Positions 55,798 through 64,000 of a stretch of 64,000 bases of DNA are shown here, one piece after another (positions within the stretch are counted from its first letter, which is position 1; every line of letters begins with the position of its first letter). The position numbers and the translations under genes were made by a program. The DNA comes from an uncultured bacterium (GTDB lineage: Bacteria; Patescibacteriota; Doudnabacteria; UBA920). Location: NCBI GenBank assembly GCA_963749445.1, contig CAVVMJ010000010.1, positions 117,738 to 181,737 on the forward strand, given 5' to 3'. The notes under the pieces were generated by a model that worked only from the letters and a program-made list of their open reading frames with translations, did not search any database and had not been told where the DNA came from.

Positions 55798-58356
55798 CAA
55801 CCCACGCTCAATATCCCCTACCCCGGCGCTCATACTTTCGGCAACTTGGCCAGCTTCCAAAAGTTCCTCTTCCACTTCGGCCCGCGGCCGGCCGTATTTT
55901 AAGCGCGATAGTTGCCGGATGGCTTTGGCCAGTTCTTCGTTGCGGTTTTGCGGCAGCGCGTAAGTGGCCATGTTAAACGGCTTGCTGGCCGTGCCGTTAA
56001 TCATCAATTTGACGTAAGTGACGAACCGGTCAATGTTGACCAAATCAAACTGGTTAAAGGTCGGGGCAAATTCCTTGCCTAAAACTTCGGCATCCTCGGC
56101 GCCGGTGCGGAATACCACCATGGTACCGACGTTGCCGAACACGGCGTTGCGCAAATCTTTACTGGCCGCTCCCTGGGCGCCGGCCTGCTGTTCCAACTGC
56201 CCGAGATATTGGTGCGCCATAATCAAGTTCAATTTGTATTTCCTGGCTTCTGATAAGATAGACGAAAACGCGTCGGTGATAAAATTTTGGAACTCGTCCA
56301 CGTACAAATAAAAATCTTTCCGCTGCTCTTCGGGGATGTCGGCGCGCGACAGCGCCGCGATTTGGATTTTACTGACAAGGATGAGCCCCAATAACTTGGC
56401 GTTAATTTCCCCTGTCCGGCCTTTGGACAAATTAACCAACAACACCTTGCCCTCGTCCATAATTTTACGGAAGTTAAAGCCGGATTTCGGCTGGCCCACA
56501 ATGTTGCGCATCATGGCGTTTTCCACAAACCGGCCGACTTTGGAAATCAAATAGCCCAACATTTCCGATTTATGGAAGTCCGAAGTCTTGGCCATTTCTT
56601 TTTCCCAAAACAGCCGCACCACCGGGTCTTTGACTTTGGCGATTTTGTACTTTTGGAAGTCCGTGTCCGTAAAAATGCGCGGGATGTCGGTAATGGTGCC
56701 CGGGTGTTCTTCGTCGGCCATGAGCGTAAGCATGGCGTTGCGCATATTGTGCTCAAACATCGGCCCCAGCATGGCCGGATCCGTGACCAATTTGTAAAAA
56801 ATCTGGATCATTTCCTGGACCGCGAAATCCTTTTGTTCCTCGCTGTCCACTTCCAGCATGTTCAATCCCAAAGGCCGGTCCATATCAAACGGCTCAAACA
56901 CAATAATGTCCTCGGCACGTTCCTTGGGGCAGCGCGTTAAAATATCTTCCACCAAATCGCCGTGCGGGTCCACCACGCACAAACCTTCGCCGTTTTTAAT
57001 GTCCTGGATGGCCATATTGGCGAGTAGCACGGATTTGCCGCCGCCGGTGCGGCCGAGAATGTAGGTATGACGGCGGCGATCGTCGCGCGTCATGTAAATC
57101 GGTGTTTCCACGTCACGGTAAACATTTCGGCCAAGCAACAACCCTTCCTTAGCCGCGTTAATGGGCGGCGGCGCTTTTTTGGACATCAGCCATTTGATGT
57201 TAGGAGTTTCGATGAACGGCGTAGGCAAGTGCCACAGGCTGGCCAGCTCTTCGGTGTTTAAAATGTTCAAACGTCCGCTGTCTCGGAACACGCGGAAAAT
57301 ATAATCCTTCAAAATCTCGTTCTTGTCGCGGCGTTTGATTTTAAGGCCGTTAAACGGCGGCATATTAAACTGCAAAAACGCCGAAAGCAGGCTCTTCATG
57401 TGGCTTTGGGCGTTGCCTGGAGTTGGAGACGAAGTTACCAAACGGACATTGACTTTATACCCCGGGCGGCTGGCTTTTTCCTCCAGTTTTTTGACGATTT
57501 CATTTTGCATGGGCGTCAGCTGGATGGGCGAGGCGTAGCCGGATAAATCCTTATGCGCGTGCGACGGCTGGAAATTTTTGGACGAGCCGCTGCCAATACC
57601 GGCCATGGCGCGGCCAAGCGCGCGAAAAAAGCCGATAAACAACCGGTAGGCGTGCCCGCGCTCTATCATTTCGGGATTCTTGCCCTGCTGGATTTCCAGC
57701 GCCATATGCCTCGGCACGCCCTGCCAGGTGGTGCCGGCCGGCGAAAGCACAAACTGCACGGCCGCGCCCTCGTTTTCGCCGAGCTTGCTCATGGCATTGG
57801 TCAAAGAGTTCAGCGGGTCGGATTCCATTACTTTATAAGTGCGGAACGGGTAGGCGTATTTTTTGGACAGATCTAATTCTTCCACTTCAATTTTGCCGTC
57901 ATCCTGGAACGGGTTATAGCCGCGCACCTGCTCCACAAACGCGTGCGGATACTGGGCCTGGATCTGCTTTTCCACCAGCTCCTGCAAATGTTTGGGACAG
58001 TTGACGAAAAAGGAAATTTTTTTGTCCGTGCAGGCAATCTCAAAACTGTAATAATCCTTGCCCTGCAGCCAGCCCCTGCTGTGGCCGGACTCCGAAAGAG
58101 TTGCGAACAATTGCTCGGCTACGGCAATCAGCTGCTTTTTTTCCTCGATGGTAGTCTTCATGGCGTTCTGCTGGTTCTTTTCTTCCGGATTTTCTTTGGG
58201 CATCATAATTTCCAAAAACACCCAGTCCAAAGTCCTGGGCACAATGTGTTTGGTATGGTAGACGTGTCTTTTATAATAATAAAAAAGGACAGCCAAAAAT
58301 ATGACTATCAATCCAAGCAGTACTAATACGGCAATATTAAAAATCGATAATTCCAT
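55795..58356 (-). CDS. VirD4/TraG/TrwB-like coupling-protein ATPase
   Basis: N-terminal TM, Walker A GRTGGGKS, DPHGD, Walker B YVDEFQ, EARKY.L.L..AHQY..Q. Confidence 0.88.
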   Translation of the reverse strand: MELSIFNIAVLVLLGLIVIFLAVLFYYYKRHVYHTKHIVPRTLDWVFLEIMMPKENPEEKNQQNAMKTTIEEKKQLIAVAEQLFATLSESGHSRGWLQGKDYYSFEIACTDKKISFFVNCPKHLQELVEKQIQAQYPHAFVEQVRGYNPFQDDGKIEVEELDLSKKYAYPFRTYKVMESDPLNSLTNAMSKLGENEGAAVQFVLSPAGTTWQGVPRHMALEIQQGKNPEMIERGHAYRLFIGFFRALGRAMAGIGSGSSKNFQPSHAHKDLSGYASPIQLTPMQNEIVKKLEEKASRPGYKVNVRLVTSSPTPGNAQSHMKSLLSAFLQFNMPPFNGLKIKRRDKNEILKDYIFRVFRDSGRLNILNTEELASLWHLPTPFIETPNIKWLMSKKAPPPINAAKEGLLLGRNVYRDVETPIYMTRDDRRRHTYILGRTGGGKSVLLANMAIQDIKNGEGLCVVDPHGDLVEDILTRCPKERAEDIIVFEPFDMDRPLGLNMLEVDSEEQKDFAVQEMIQIFYKLVTDPAMLGPMFEHNMRNAMLTLMADEEHPGTITDIPRIFTDTDFQKYKIAKVKDPVVRLFWEKEMAKTSDFHKSEMLGYLISKVGRFVENAMMRNIVGQPKSGFNFRKIMDEGKVLLVNLSKGRTGEINAKLLGLILVSKIQIAALSRADIPEEQRKDFYLYVDEFQNFITDAFSSILSEARKYKLNLIMAHQYLGQLEQQAGAQGAASKDLRNAVFGNVGTMVVFRTGAEDAEVLGKEFAPTFNQFDLVNIDRFVTYVKLMINGTASKPFNMATYALPQNRNEELAKAIRQLSRLKYGRPRAEVEEELLEAGQVAESMSAGVGDIERGL

Positions 58357-58388
58357 TTAAAATTTATTTTGGTTTCTTGAAACTAAAT

Positions 58389-58760
58389 CTATTGAAGCTT
58401 CTGGTTTTCTAATCCTTTAACAATAGAAGCCGCGTTAGCCTCATCGATTTCCATATCTTCAAAACTGCGTTTGCCCTGAAAAAAATCGTTTAACATCTGC
58501 TTGGCTTTAACGACCAAGGGAGATTCGCTACCAGTGCCAACTCTCTCTGATTTTGAACCGTCAGCTTCTGACTTTTGCCCGGATTGAGAGACAATTTTTT
58601 CTTGTACCTCTCTCCTAGCAGTCGTCGATCTTTTTTTACGGGCAAGAGCTTCCAGGTCTTCCGGCGTCATGTTTGCGGCAATATCAGGATTTAAAAAATC
58701 AGCCCGTTCGCCGTCTTGGGGACTAAAGTTTTCCTGTCGATTTAAGTTGGTAGCAACCAT
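58389..58760 (-). CDS. Hypothetical hydrophilic protein
   Basis: 123-aa ORF co-oriented with its neighbours. Confidence 0.6.
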   Translation of the reverse strand: MVATNLNRQENFSPQDGERADFLNPDIAANMTPEDLEALARKKRSTTARREVQEKIVSQSGQKSEADGSKSERVGTGSESPLVVKAKQMLNDFFQGKRSFEDMEIDEANAASIVKGLENQKLQ

Positions 58761-58868
58761 GAAATCTTAATTTCCTAATGTTTATTATATCACAAACCAC
58801 CCATATAACCAAATATTATAGGCCTTTTTGGGCTTTTTGTCAACTCTGTGTGGGCCACAATCTCTGGT

Positions 58869-58976
58869 GTGTCATCCCGGCCTCCGAGCCGGAATCCAGA
58901 ATGACGCTTTTACCTGGATCCCGGATATTTTTTGCGGCTCACGATGTGCGTCTACACAAAAAATTCCGGGATGACA
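58869..58976. repeat. GTCATCCCGG...CCGGGATGAC palindrome; half copies at ~59400-59458 and ~18183-18240
   Basis: TGTCATCCCGGC..GCCGGAATCCAG..CTGGATCCCGGATATTTTT..AAAAATTCCGGGATGACA. Confidence 0.75.
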
Positions 58977-59015
58977 TTAGTGTCAAGGGTCACCCTTGAC
59001 ACTACTTGACACTAA

Positions 59016-59381
59016 TTAAACCTTACCTTCTTTTTGCCATTTTTGCTCCAGTTTGCGGATTTGGGGTTCGTCAAAACCAAAATGGTGCCCGATTTCGTGC
59101 CAGACCACACGGCGAACTAAGTTTGGGATGTCCTGATCACCACCGGCAAATTTTTCTATCGTGCCTTTCCAAATAGTAATTTTATCCGGTAACACGCCGC
59201 CCATTCCGTAAGTTGAGCCGCGGTTTAATTGCGACACGCCGTGATACAGCCCAAACAAAGAATTATTCGGCGATTCCCCTTCTTCCATAGTAATTTCCAC
59301 ATTATCCAACTTCGCCCGAATATTCTCCGGCAACGCCGCCACCGCTTCGGTGATTAGGTTTTCAAATTCTGTTGACGTCAT
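59016..59381 (-). CDS. Zincin-like metallopeptidase (DUF1025-like)
   Basis: FE.L..EA...LP, LFGLY.G, PDKITI, HEIGHHFG. Confidence 0.88.
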   Translation of the reverse strand: MTSTEFENLITEAVAALPENIRAKLDNVEITMEEGESPNNSLFGLYHGVSQLNRGSTYGMGGVLPDKITIWKGTIEKFAGGDQDIPNLVRRVVWHEIGHHFGFDEPQIRKLEQKWQKEGKV

Positions 59382-59735
59382 ACATAAGTCCTTTTTTCAG
59401 GATCCCGGATATTTTTTCGACTGACGATATTCCCAAACGAAAAAATTCCGGGATGACAATTTATACAAATTGTCATTTTAAAACCTGCCGGTATTATGGC
59501 AGGTTTGGAGGGAAATGGGAATGCTGATGTTTCGACCTCTCTGTCCCTCGGATGCACTCGGGACATCTCCCCTCGCCAGGGGAGAAAGGCTCCGCGGTTC
59601 CGCGTCTTTCCGCGTAGTAATCAGCGACCGTTCAGCGGAACTAGCGCCCTCACCCGCCCCTCGGATGCACTCGGGGCACCCTCTCCCCGCCTGCTGGCGT
59701 GGCGAGGGGAAATAAGATATTCGCTTCAGCGAATA

Positions 59736-61028
59736 CTAAAACCCTTCATAATCATGCATCGTCAACTGCGCTTCAATCTTTTTGATAACTTCAATAACCA
59801 CCGACACCACAATCAACAGGCCGGTGCCGCCAAAGGTTAGGGCCTGGGTGCCGGTGTAGTTTTGCATCAGCAACGGCAAAATGGCAATCAGGGCCAAAAA
59901 GAACGCGCCGGCCAGGGTGATGCGGTTTAAAACTTTGGACAGAAATTCCGCGGTCTGGGCGCCCGGGCGAAGGCCGGGGACAAAGCCGCCGTTTTTTTGA
60001 ACGTTTTCGGCAATTTCGTCCGGGTTAAATACCACCGCGGTATAAAAATAAGTAAAGGCCATAACCAGCAAAAAATACGCGGCCATATAAAACCAGCCCT
60101 GGTTGTTAAACAGGCTGATGGTTTTTTGCGCGATTTGGGAAAGCAGTACCGACTTGGCGCCCACGAAAAATTGCGCGATTAATGCTGGAAACATCATTAC
60201 CGAAATGGCAAAAATAATCGGGATGACGCCGGCCTGGTTAAGCCGCAAAGGAAGATGCGTGTTGACGCCGCCGAACAGCTTATTGCCGCGCACGCGCTTG
60301 GCGTAGGCAATAGGCACGTTGCGCTGGGCTTCGGTAACCAGCACCACGCCCGCGACCACAATCAAAATCACGGCCAAAAAGGCAATGACCGTGGGCAGTT
60401 TGGTCGGGTCATACCACTGCTGCAAAAAACCAAAACTGTTGGGCAGGCGCGCCACAATGCCGGCAAAAATGATTAAGGACGTACCGTTGCCCACGTCAAA
60501 CTCCGACATAATTTCGCCCAGCCACATCATCAGCATGGTGCCGCAAGTCACGGACAATAAAGTAATGAACCACTGAAACGGCGTAAAAACACCGAGTAAA
60601 TTGGCGCCGCCGGTCAGACTGCTGCCCTGCTGCAGCAGACGGATAGTGCCGAACGACTGCAAAACGGCCAGCGGAATGGTCAAATAGCGCGTGTACTGGT
60701 TGAGCTGGGCGCGGCCGGCCTCGCCGCCTTCTTTTTGCATTTCGGCAAACGACGGTACCACAATGGTCAACAGCTGCATCACGATGGACGCGGTAATGTA
60801 CGGGCCCACGCCGAGCATGGCAATGGAAAAATACGACAGTCCCCCGCCGGAAAAAATATCCAATAAATTAAAAAACTGGCTCTGCTGGAAAAACGATTTT
60901 AATTTGCTGGCGTCAATGCCGGGGATCGGCACATGGGCCAGGACGCGGGTCAACAGCAAAAGACCCAGCACGATGAGAATCTTGTTGCGTAAATCTTTAG
61001 TTTTCCAGATGAGGAAGAATTTGTTCAT
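59736..61028 (-). CDS. secY: Preprotein translocase subunit SecY
   Basis: LGVGPYITASI, GNGTSLIIF, AGVIPIIFA, PGLRPG, GGTGLLIVV. Confidence 0.97.
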   Translation of the reverse strand: MNKFFLIWKTKDLRNKILIVLGLLLLTRVLAHVPIPGIDASKLKSFFQQSQFFNLLDIFSGGGLSYFSIAMLGVGPYITASIVMQLLTIVVPSFAEMQKEGGEAGRAQLNQYTRYLTIPLAVLQSFGTIRLLQQGSSLTGGANLLGVFTPFQWFITLLSVTCGTMLMMWLGEIMSEFDVGNGTSLIIFAGIVARLPNSFGFLQQWYDPTKLPTVIAFLAVILIVVAGVVLVTEAQRNVPIAYAKRVRGNKLFGGVNTHLPLRLNQAGVIPIIFAISVMMFPALIAQFFVGAKSVLLSQIAQKTISLFNNQGWFYMAAYFLLVMAFTYFYTAVVFNPDEIAENVQKNGGFVPGLRPGAQTAEFLSKVLNRITLAGAFFLALIAILPLLMQNYTGTQALTFGGTGLLIVVSVVIEVIKKIEAQLTMHDYEGF

Positions 61029-61133
61029 CCGCCAAAATTTTTAGTAAATAATCAACAAGCTTATTAAACCCATCCGTCTAAAATATATTATAGCTGATAA
61101 TAAAACTTTATAAAAATTTAGGCGGATAAATAT

Positions 61134-61568
61134 CTAAATTACCTTCCCGCCCAACTTCTCCACTACTGCGCGGACTGATTTTGAAGTAGGGAGCTTGATA
61201 ATCAGTTTTTTCTTGAGTCCGCCGCCTAAAATTTTAACCTTTACAGCGCTAATGTCAACAATTTTTTTGTCGCGCAACGCTTTTAAGTCAACCGTCGCGC
61301 CATCGGCAAAGGCCGACAACCGGCTCAAGGAAACCGGCGTGGCTTTATCCGATAAAGCGCGGAAACCGCGCAGCTTGGGCAATTGCCTGACTAACGGCTG
61401 GCGGCCGCCTTCAAACTGGGCCGGCATTTTGCTGTGGCCGGTACGGGCCGTCTGGCCCTTGCCGCCGCGCGTGCTGTATGTGCCGTGGCCTGAGCCAAGT
61501 CCCCTACCGACAACTTTACGCCGGTGCATGGATTTGGGATTTTTATGGAGATTATGTAATTTCAGCAT
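61134..61568 (-). CDS. rplO: 50S ribosomal protein L15
   Basis: GRGLGSG, RGGKGQTAR, FEGGRQPL..LPK.RGF. Confidence 0.95.
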   Translation of the reverse strand: MLKLHNLHKNPKSMHRRKVVGRGLGSGHGTYSTRGGKGQTARTGHSKMPAQFEGGRQPLVRQLPKLRGFRALSDKATPVSLSRLSAFADGATVDLKALRDKKIVDISAVKVKILGGGLKKKLIIKLPTSKSVRAVVEKLGGKVI

Positions 61569-61665
61569 ATAACCTGCTACCTATTTCTACTATATTTCCA
61601 TATATTTCTATCTTATTTCTGAAACACGATGGAAATAAAATAGAAATAAAGTTGAAACACAGTTG

Positions 61666-62172
61666 TTACTTTCTCATCTCAGATAATTCTTTCTTGCTCT
61701 TCATCTGCGAAAAAGCCAAAAACACGGCTTTAACGTTATTAACTTTATTATTAGAGCCGAGCATTTTGGAGACCACGTTTCTCACGCCGGCCAAATCCAT
61801 CACGCTGCGCACGGCTCCGCCGGCAATGACGCCGCTGCCGGGCTTGGCCGGCTTAAGCATTAAGCTGGAAGATTTATATTTAACCAAAAGCTGATGCGGG
61901 ATGGTGTCGTTGACCAAAGGCAGGGTAACCATATTCTTTTTGGCCGCGTTAACCGCTTTGTTGACGCTCTCGGCCACGTCCGCGCCTTTTTTTAGGCCCA
62001 TACCGACTTTGCCTTTGTGGTCGCCAATAACCACCAAAGCGCGGAAACGCATGCGCTTGCCGCCAGCGACCACGCGGGTGACGCGCTTGACTTCCACGAC
62101 TTTTTGGTCAAATTCATTGCGTTCGCGCTGGGCGTCGCCTTCCTGTCTTGATTGTCGTCTTCGTTTTTCCAT
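61666..62172 (-). CDS. rpsE: 30S ribosomal protein S5
   Basis: RVTRVVAGGKRMRF.ALVV.GD, PA.PGSGVIAGG. Confidence 0.96.
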   Translation of the reverse strand: MEKRRRQSRQEGDAQRERNEFDQKVVEVKRVTRVVAGGKRMRFRALVVIGDHKGKVGMGLKKGADVAESVNKAVNAAKKNMVTLPLVNDTIPHQLLVKYKSSSLMLKPAKPGSGVIAGGAVRSVMDLAGVRNVVSKMLGSNNKVNNVKAVFLAFSQMKSKKELSEMRK

Positions 62173-62174
62173 AT

Positions 62175-62255
62175 ATTAGTTAGTAGTCAGTAGTGAGTAG
62201 ATAGTAGCCAGCAGCTGTTTGGCTACTTACTACTAACTACTTACTACCTGCTAAT
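62175..62255. repeat. Tandem-repeat hairpin (AGTAG heptamer)
   Basis: TTAGTAGTCAGTAGTGAGTAG / CTACTTACTACTAACTAC. Confidence 0.75.
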
Positions 62256-62258
62256 TGA

Positions 62259-62612
62259 TTAGAACTTTAACCCACCCTCGCGTGCGCCTTCAGCCAAAGC
62301 CTTGACGCGGCCGTGGTAAGCAAAACCGCCGCGGTCAAACACCGCGCTGGCGATTTTTTTCTCCCCGGCTTTTTTTGCCAGCAACTTGCCGGTTTCCATC
62401 GCCAAACTAACCTTCTTGCCTTTGGATTTGATTTCCGAACTGGAAACCGCGGCCAAAGTCTTGCCCGCTTCGTCATCAATCAGCTGAGCGTAAATATGTC
62501 GGTTGGCGCGGTAAACCGAAAGGCGCGGGCGCTTCGCTGTGCCGCTGACCACAGACCGGACGCGGTTGTGCCTAATTGAGCGCTTAATTCGTTTGGCTTT
62601 GTGTTGATTCAT
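62259..62612 (-). CDS. rplR: 50S ribosomal protein L18
   Basis: [39 protein letters not shown]. Confidence 0.96.
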   Translation of the reverse strand: MNQHKAKRIKRSIRHNRVRSVVSGTAKRPRLSVYRANRHIYAQLIDDEAGKTLAAVSSSEIKSKGKKVSLAMETGKLLAKKAGEKKIASAVFDRGGFAYHGRVKALAEGAREGGLKF

Positions 62613-62684
62613 AAAAATAGTGAATTAGTGATTTAGAGAATTAGCGAACTAGTTTTCTAATTCTCTAGTTCTCTAATTTTCTTG

Positions 62685-63269
62685 CTACTTACCGCCTCCC
62701 ACAACCTTAACCACTTTCCCCGCTTTGCGGCGCACGACTTCATCGGAATACTTAATTCCTTTACCTTTGTACGGTTCCGGCTTTTTAAGCTCGCGGACAT
62801 TGGCTGCAAACTGGCCGACTTTTTGCTTGTCCGCGCCGAAAATGCTGATGGTATTTTTGTCAACCGCAATGGTCAGATCCTTGGGTACCTCAACCACCAC
62901 GGGATGGGAAAAGCCCAAAGACATCGTGAGTTTGCCGGGAGTCGCGGCAACCTTAAAACCCACGCCGATAACTTCCAACTTCTTTTCATAGCCTTTGGTA
63001 ACCCCGTCCACCATATTCTGGATCAAAGAGCGGAACAGCCCCCACAAGGCGCGCTCTTTTTTAACGTCCTGTTTTTGCACGCCGATCAAAACTTCCTTTT
63101 CGCCCACGCTGACGGAAACGTCCGGATGAATGGCCAAAGTCAAAACGCCCTTGGGGCCGGTGACGGTTAAAGTCTCTTCTTTTCCGGCGGAGCCGGATCC
63201 CGCTCCGCGGGACTTTTCTACCTTCACGCCGGAAGGAATGATGACTGGTTTTTTTCCTATTCTGCTCAT
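62685..63269 (-). CDS. rplF: 50S ribosomal protein L6, with a palindrome-derived insert
   Basis: MSRIGKKP, GPKG, GFSHP, PEPYKGKGI. Confidence 0.96.
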   Translation of the reverse strand: MSRIGKKPVIIPSGVKVEKSRGAGSGSAGKEETLTVTGPKGVLTLAIHPDVSVSVGEKEVLIGVQKQDVKKERALWGLFRSLIQNMVDGVTKGYEKKLEVIGVGFKVAATPGKLTMSLGFSHPVVVEVPKDLTIAVDKNTISIFGADKQKVGQFAANVRELKKPEPYKGKGIKYSDEVVRRKAGKVVKVVGGGK

Positions 63270-63362
63270 ATGTTACTAGCGTTTAGCTTTTAGCAGTTAG
63301 CGTTTAGCCACACACGAATGCCTGGCTAAATGCTAAATGCTAATGGCTAACCGCTTAATTAA

Positions 63363-63755
63363 TTACCAAACCTGGCACACAACCTCTCCCCCGACTTTTT
63401 CCTTGCGCGCCTGCCGGTCGGTCAAAAGGCCTTTGGATGTGGACACGACGGTTAATCCCAAACCGCTGTTGGTGCGGGGAATCCTCTCCGCCGGCAAATA
63501 AATCCGCTGGCCGGGTTTGCTCACGCGCTTAATGTCGGAAATCACCGGCTGCCCGCTTGGGTCGTATTTCAAATTAATCTGCAGGGTCTTTAACCGGCCG
63601 GGCACCTCGGACACGCTGCCCACAAAACCCTCCTTTTCCAAAAGCTTGGCCAAACTGGCTTTGAATTTGGAATACGGCAAAACCGCAGCCTCTTTGCGGG
63701 CCTGTGCTGCGTTCTTGATGCGGATTATCATGTCGGCGATGGGGTCGGTGTACAT
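63363..63755 (-). CDS. rpsH: 30S ribosomal protein S8
   Basis: DPIADM..RIKNA, RVSKPG.R.Y, STSKG, GGE. Confidence 0.96.
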   Translation of the reverse strand: MYTDPIADMIIRIKNAAQARKEAAVLPYSKFKASLAKLLEKEGFVGSVSEVPGRLKTLQINLKYDPSGQPVISDIKRVSKPGQRIYLPAERIPRTNSGLGLTVVSTSKGLLTDRQARKEKVGGEVVCQVW

Positions 63756-63776
63756 AATAGATTGAACAAAATTTTT

Positions 63777-63851
63777 AAATTAAATAAAATTAACAAATTG
63801 GCTGCAAAAAATTTTATTTAATTTTACTTAATTTGTAAATTTTATTTAATT
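63777..63851. repeat. Gene-less AT-rich hairpin matching the arms around the four-helix-bundle gene at 10537
   Basis: 63777-63799 is identical to 10503-10525 (23 nt); the right arm 63810-63851 resembles 10904-10943. Confidence 0.8.
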
Positions 63852-63853
63852 CC

Positions 63854-64000
63854 TTACCACGAAGCTTTTGATACTCCCGGAATTTCCCCTTTGCTGGCCA
63901 ACTCCCGAAAACAAATCCTGCACAAATCAAAATCGCGCATATAACCGGCTTTGCGACCGCATTTCCAACAGCGCCGGGTCTTCCGCGTGGAAAATTTGGC
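63854..64000 (-). CDS. rpsN: 30S ribosomal protein S14, zinc-binding type (5' end outside the window)
   Basis: Manual translation [45 protein letters not shown]. Confidence 0.93.
   Translation of the reverse strand, partial: AKFSTRKTRRCWKCGRKAGYMRDFDLCRICFRELASKGEIPGVSKASW

Noticed and set aside
14782-58326. Long antisense ORFs over ftsI, mreB, dnaX, the ATPase and others
   Set aside because: They are shadow frames of well-supported genes and have no recognisable motifs.

Overview
A 64-kb piece of a small bacterial chromosome, most likely Patescibacteria/CPR. This is an inference from the missing L30 between rpsE and rplO, a split transketolase, a type IV pilin, a stand-alone VirD4-like ATPase, a PEGA protein and a coiled-coil lytic transglycosylase. 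The standard code 11 appears to be in use. Contents from left to right: cfa, tRNA-Gln, a surface-protein/pilin cluster, an alpha-glucan cluster (glgA-GH57-glgA), mraZ-rsmH-ftsL-ftsI, IS1595, a two-component system, dinB, mreB, rnhA, recJ, a long glycolysis/pentose-phosphate cluster, htrA, dnaX, a coupling-protein ATPase and the spc ribosomal operon. The striking feature is a dense set of palindromic DNA elements in most intergenic spacers and even inside housekeeping proteins (DinB, RecJ, DnaX, RNase HI, L6, Rpe). Small genes (two four-helix-bundle, one GIY-YIG, two DUF559) sit between inverted arms specific to their family, and gene-less copies of those arms occur elsewhere in the window. A TrpR/YerC gene sits between two directly repeated palindromes. 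There are also fixed-length ~100-bp elements, nested insertions and a MITE just upstream of the pilin. Several single-base frameshifts in essential genes (rsmH, mraZ, pgk, recJ) are probably assembly errors. Family calls come from motif recognition by eye, with no database searches, and coordinates were counted by hand.
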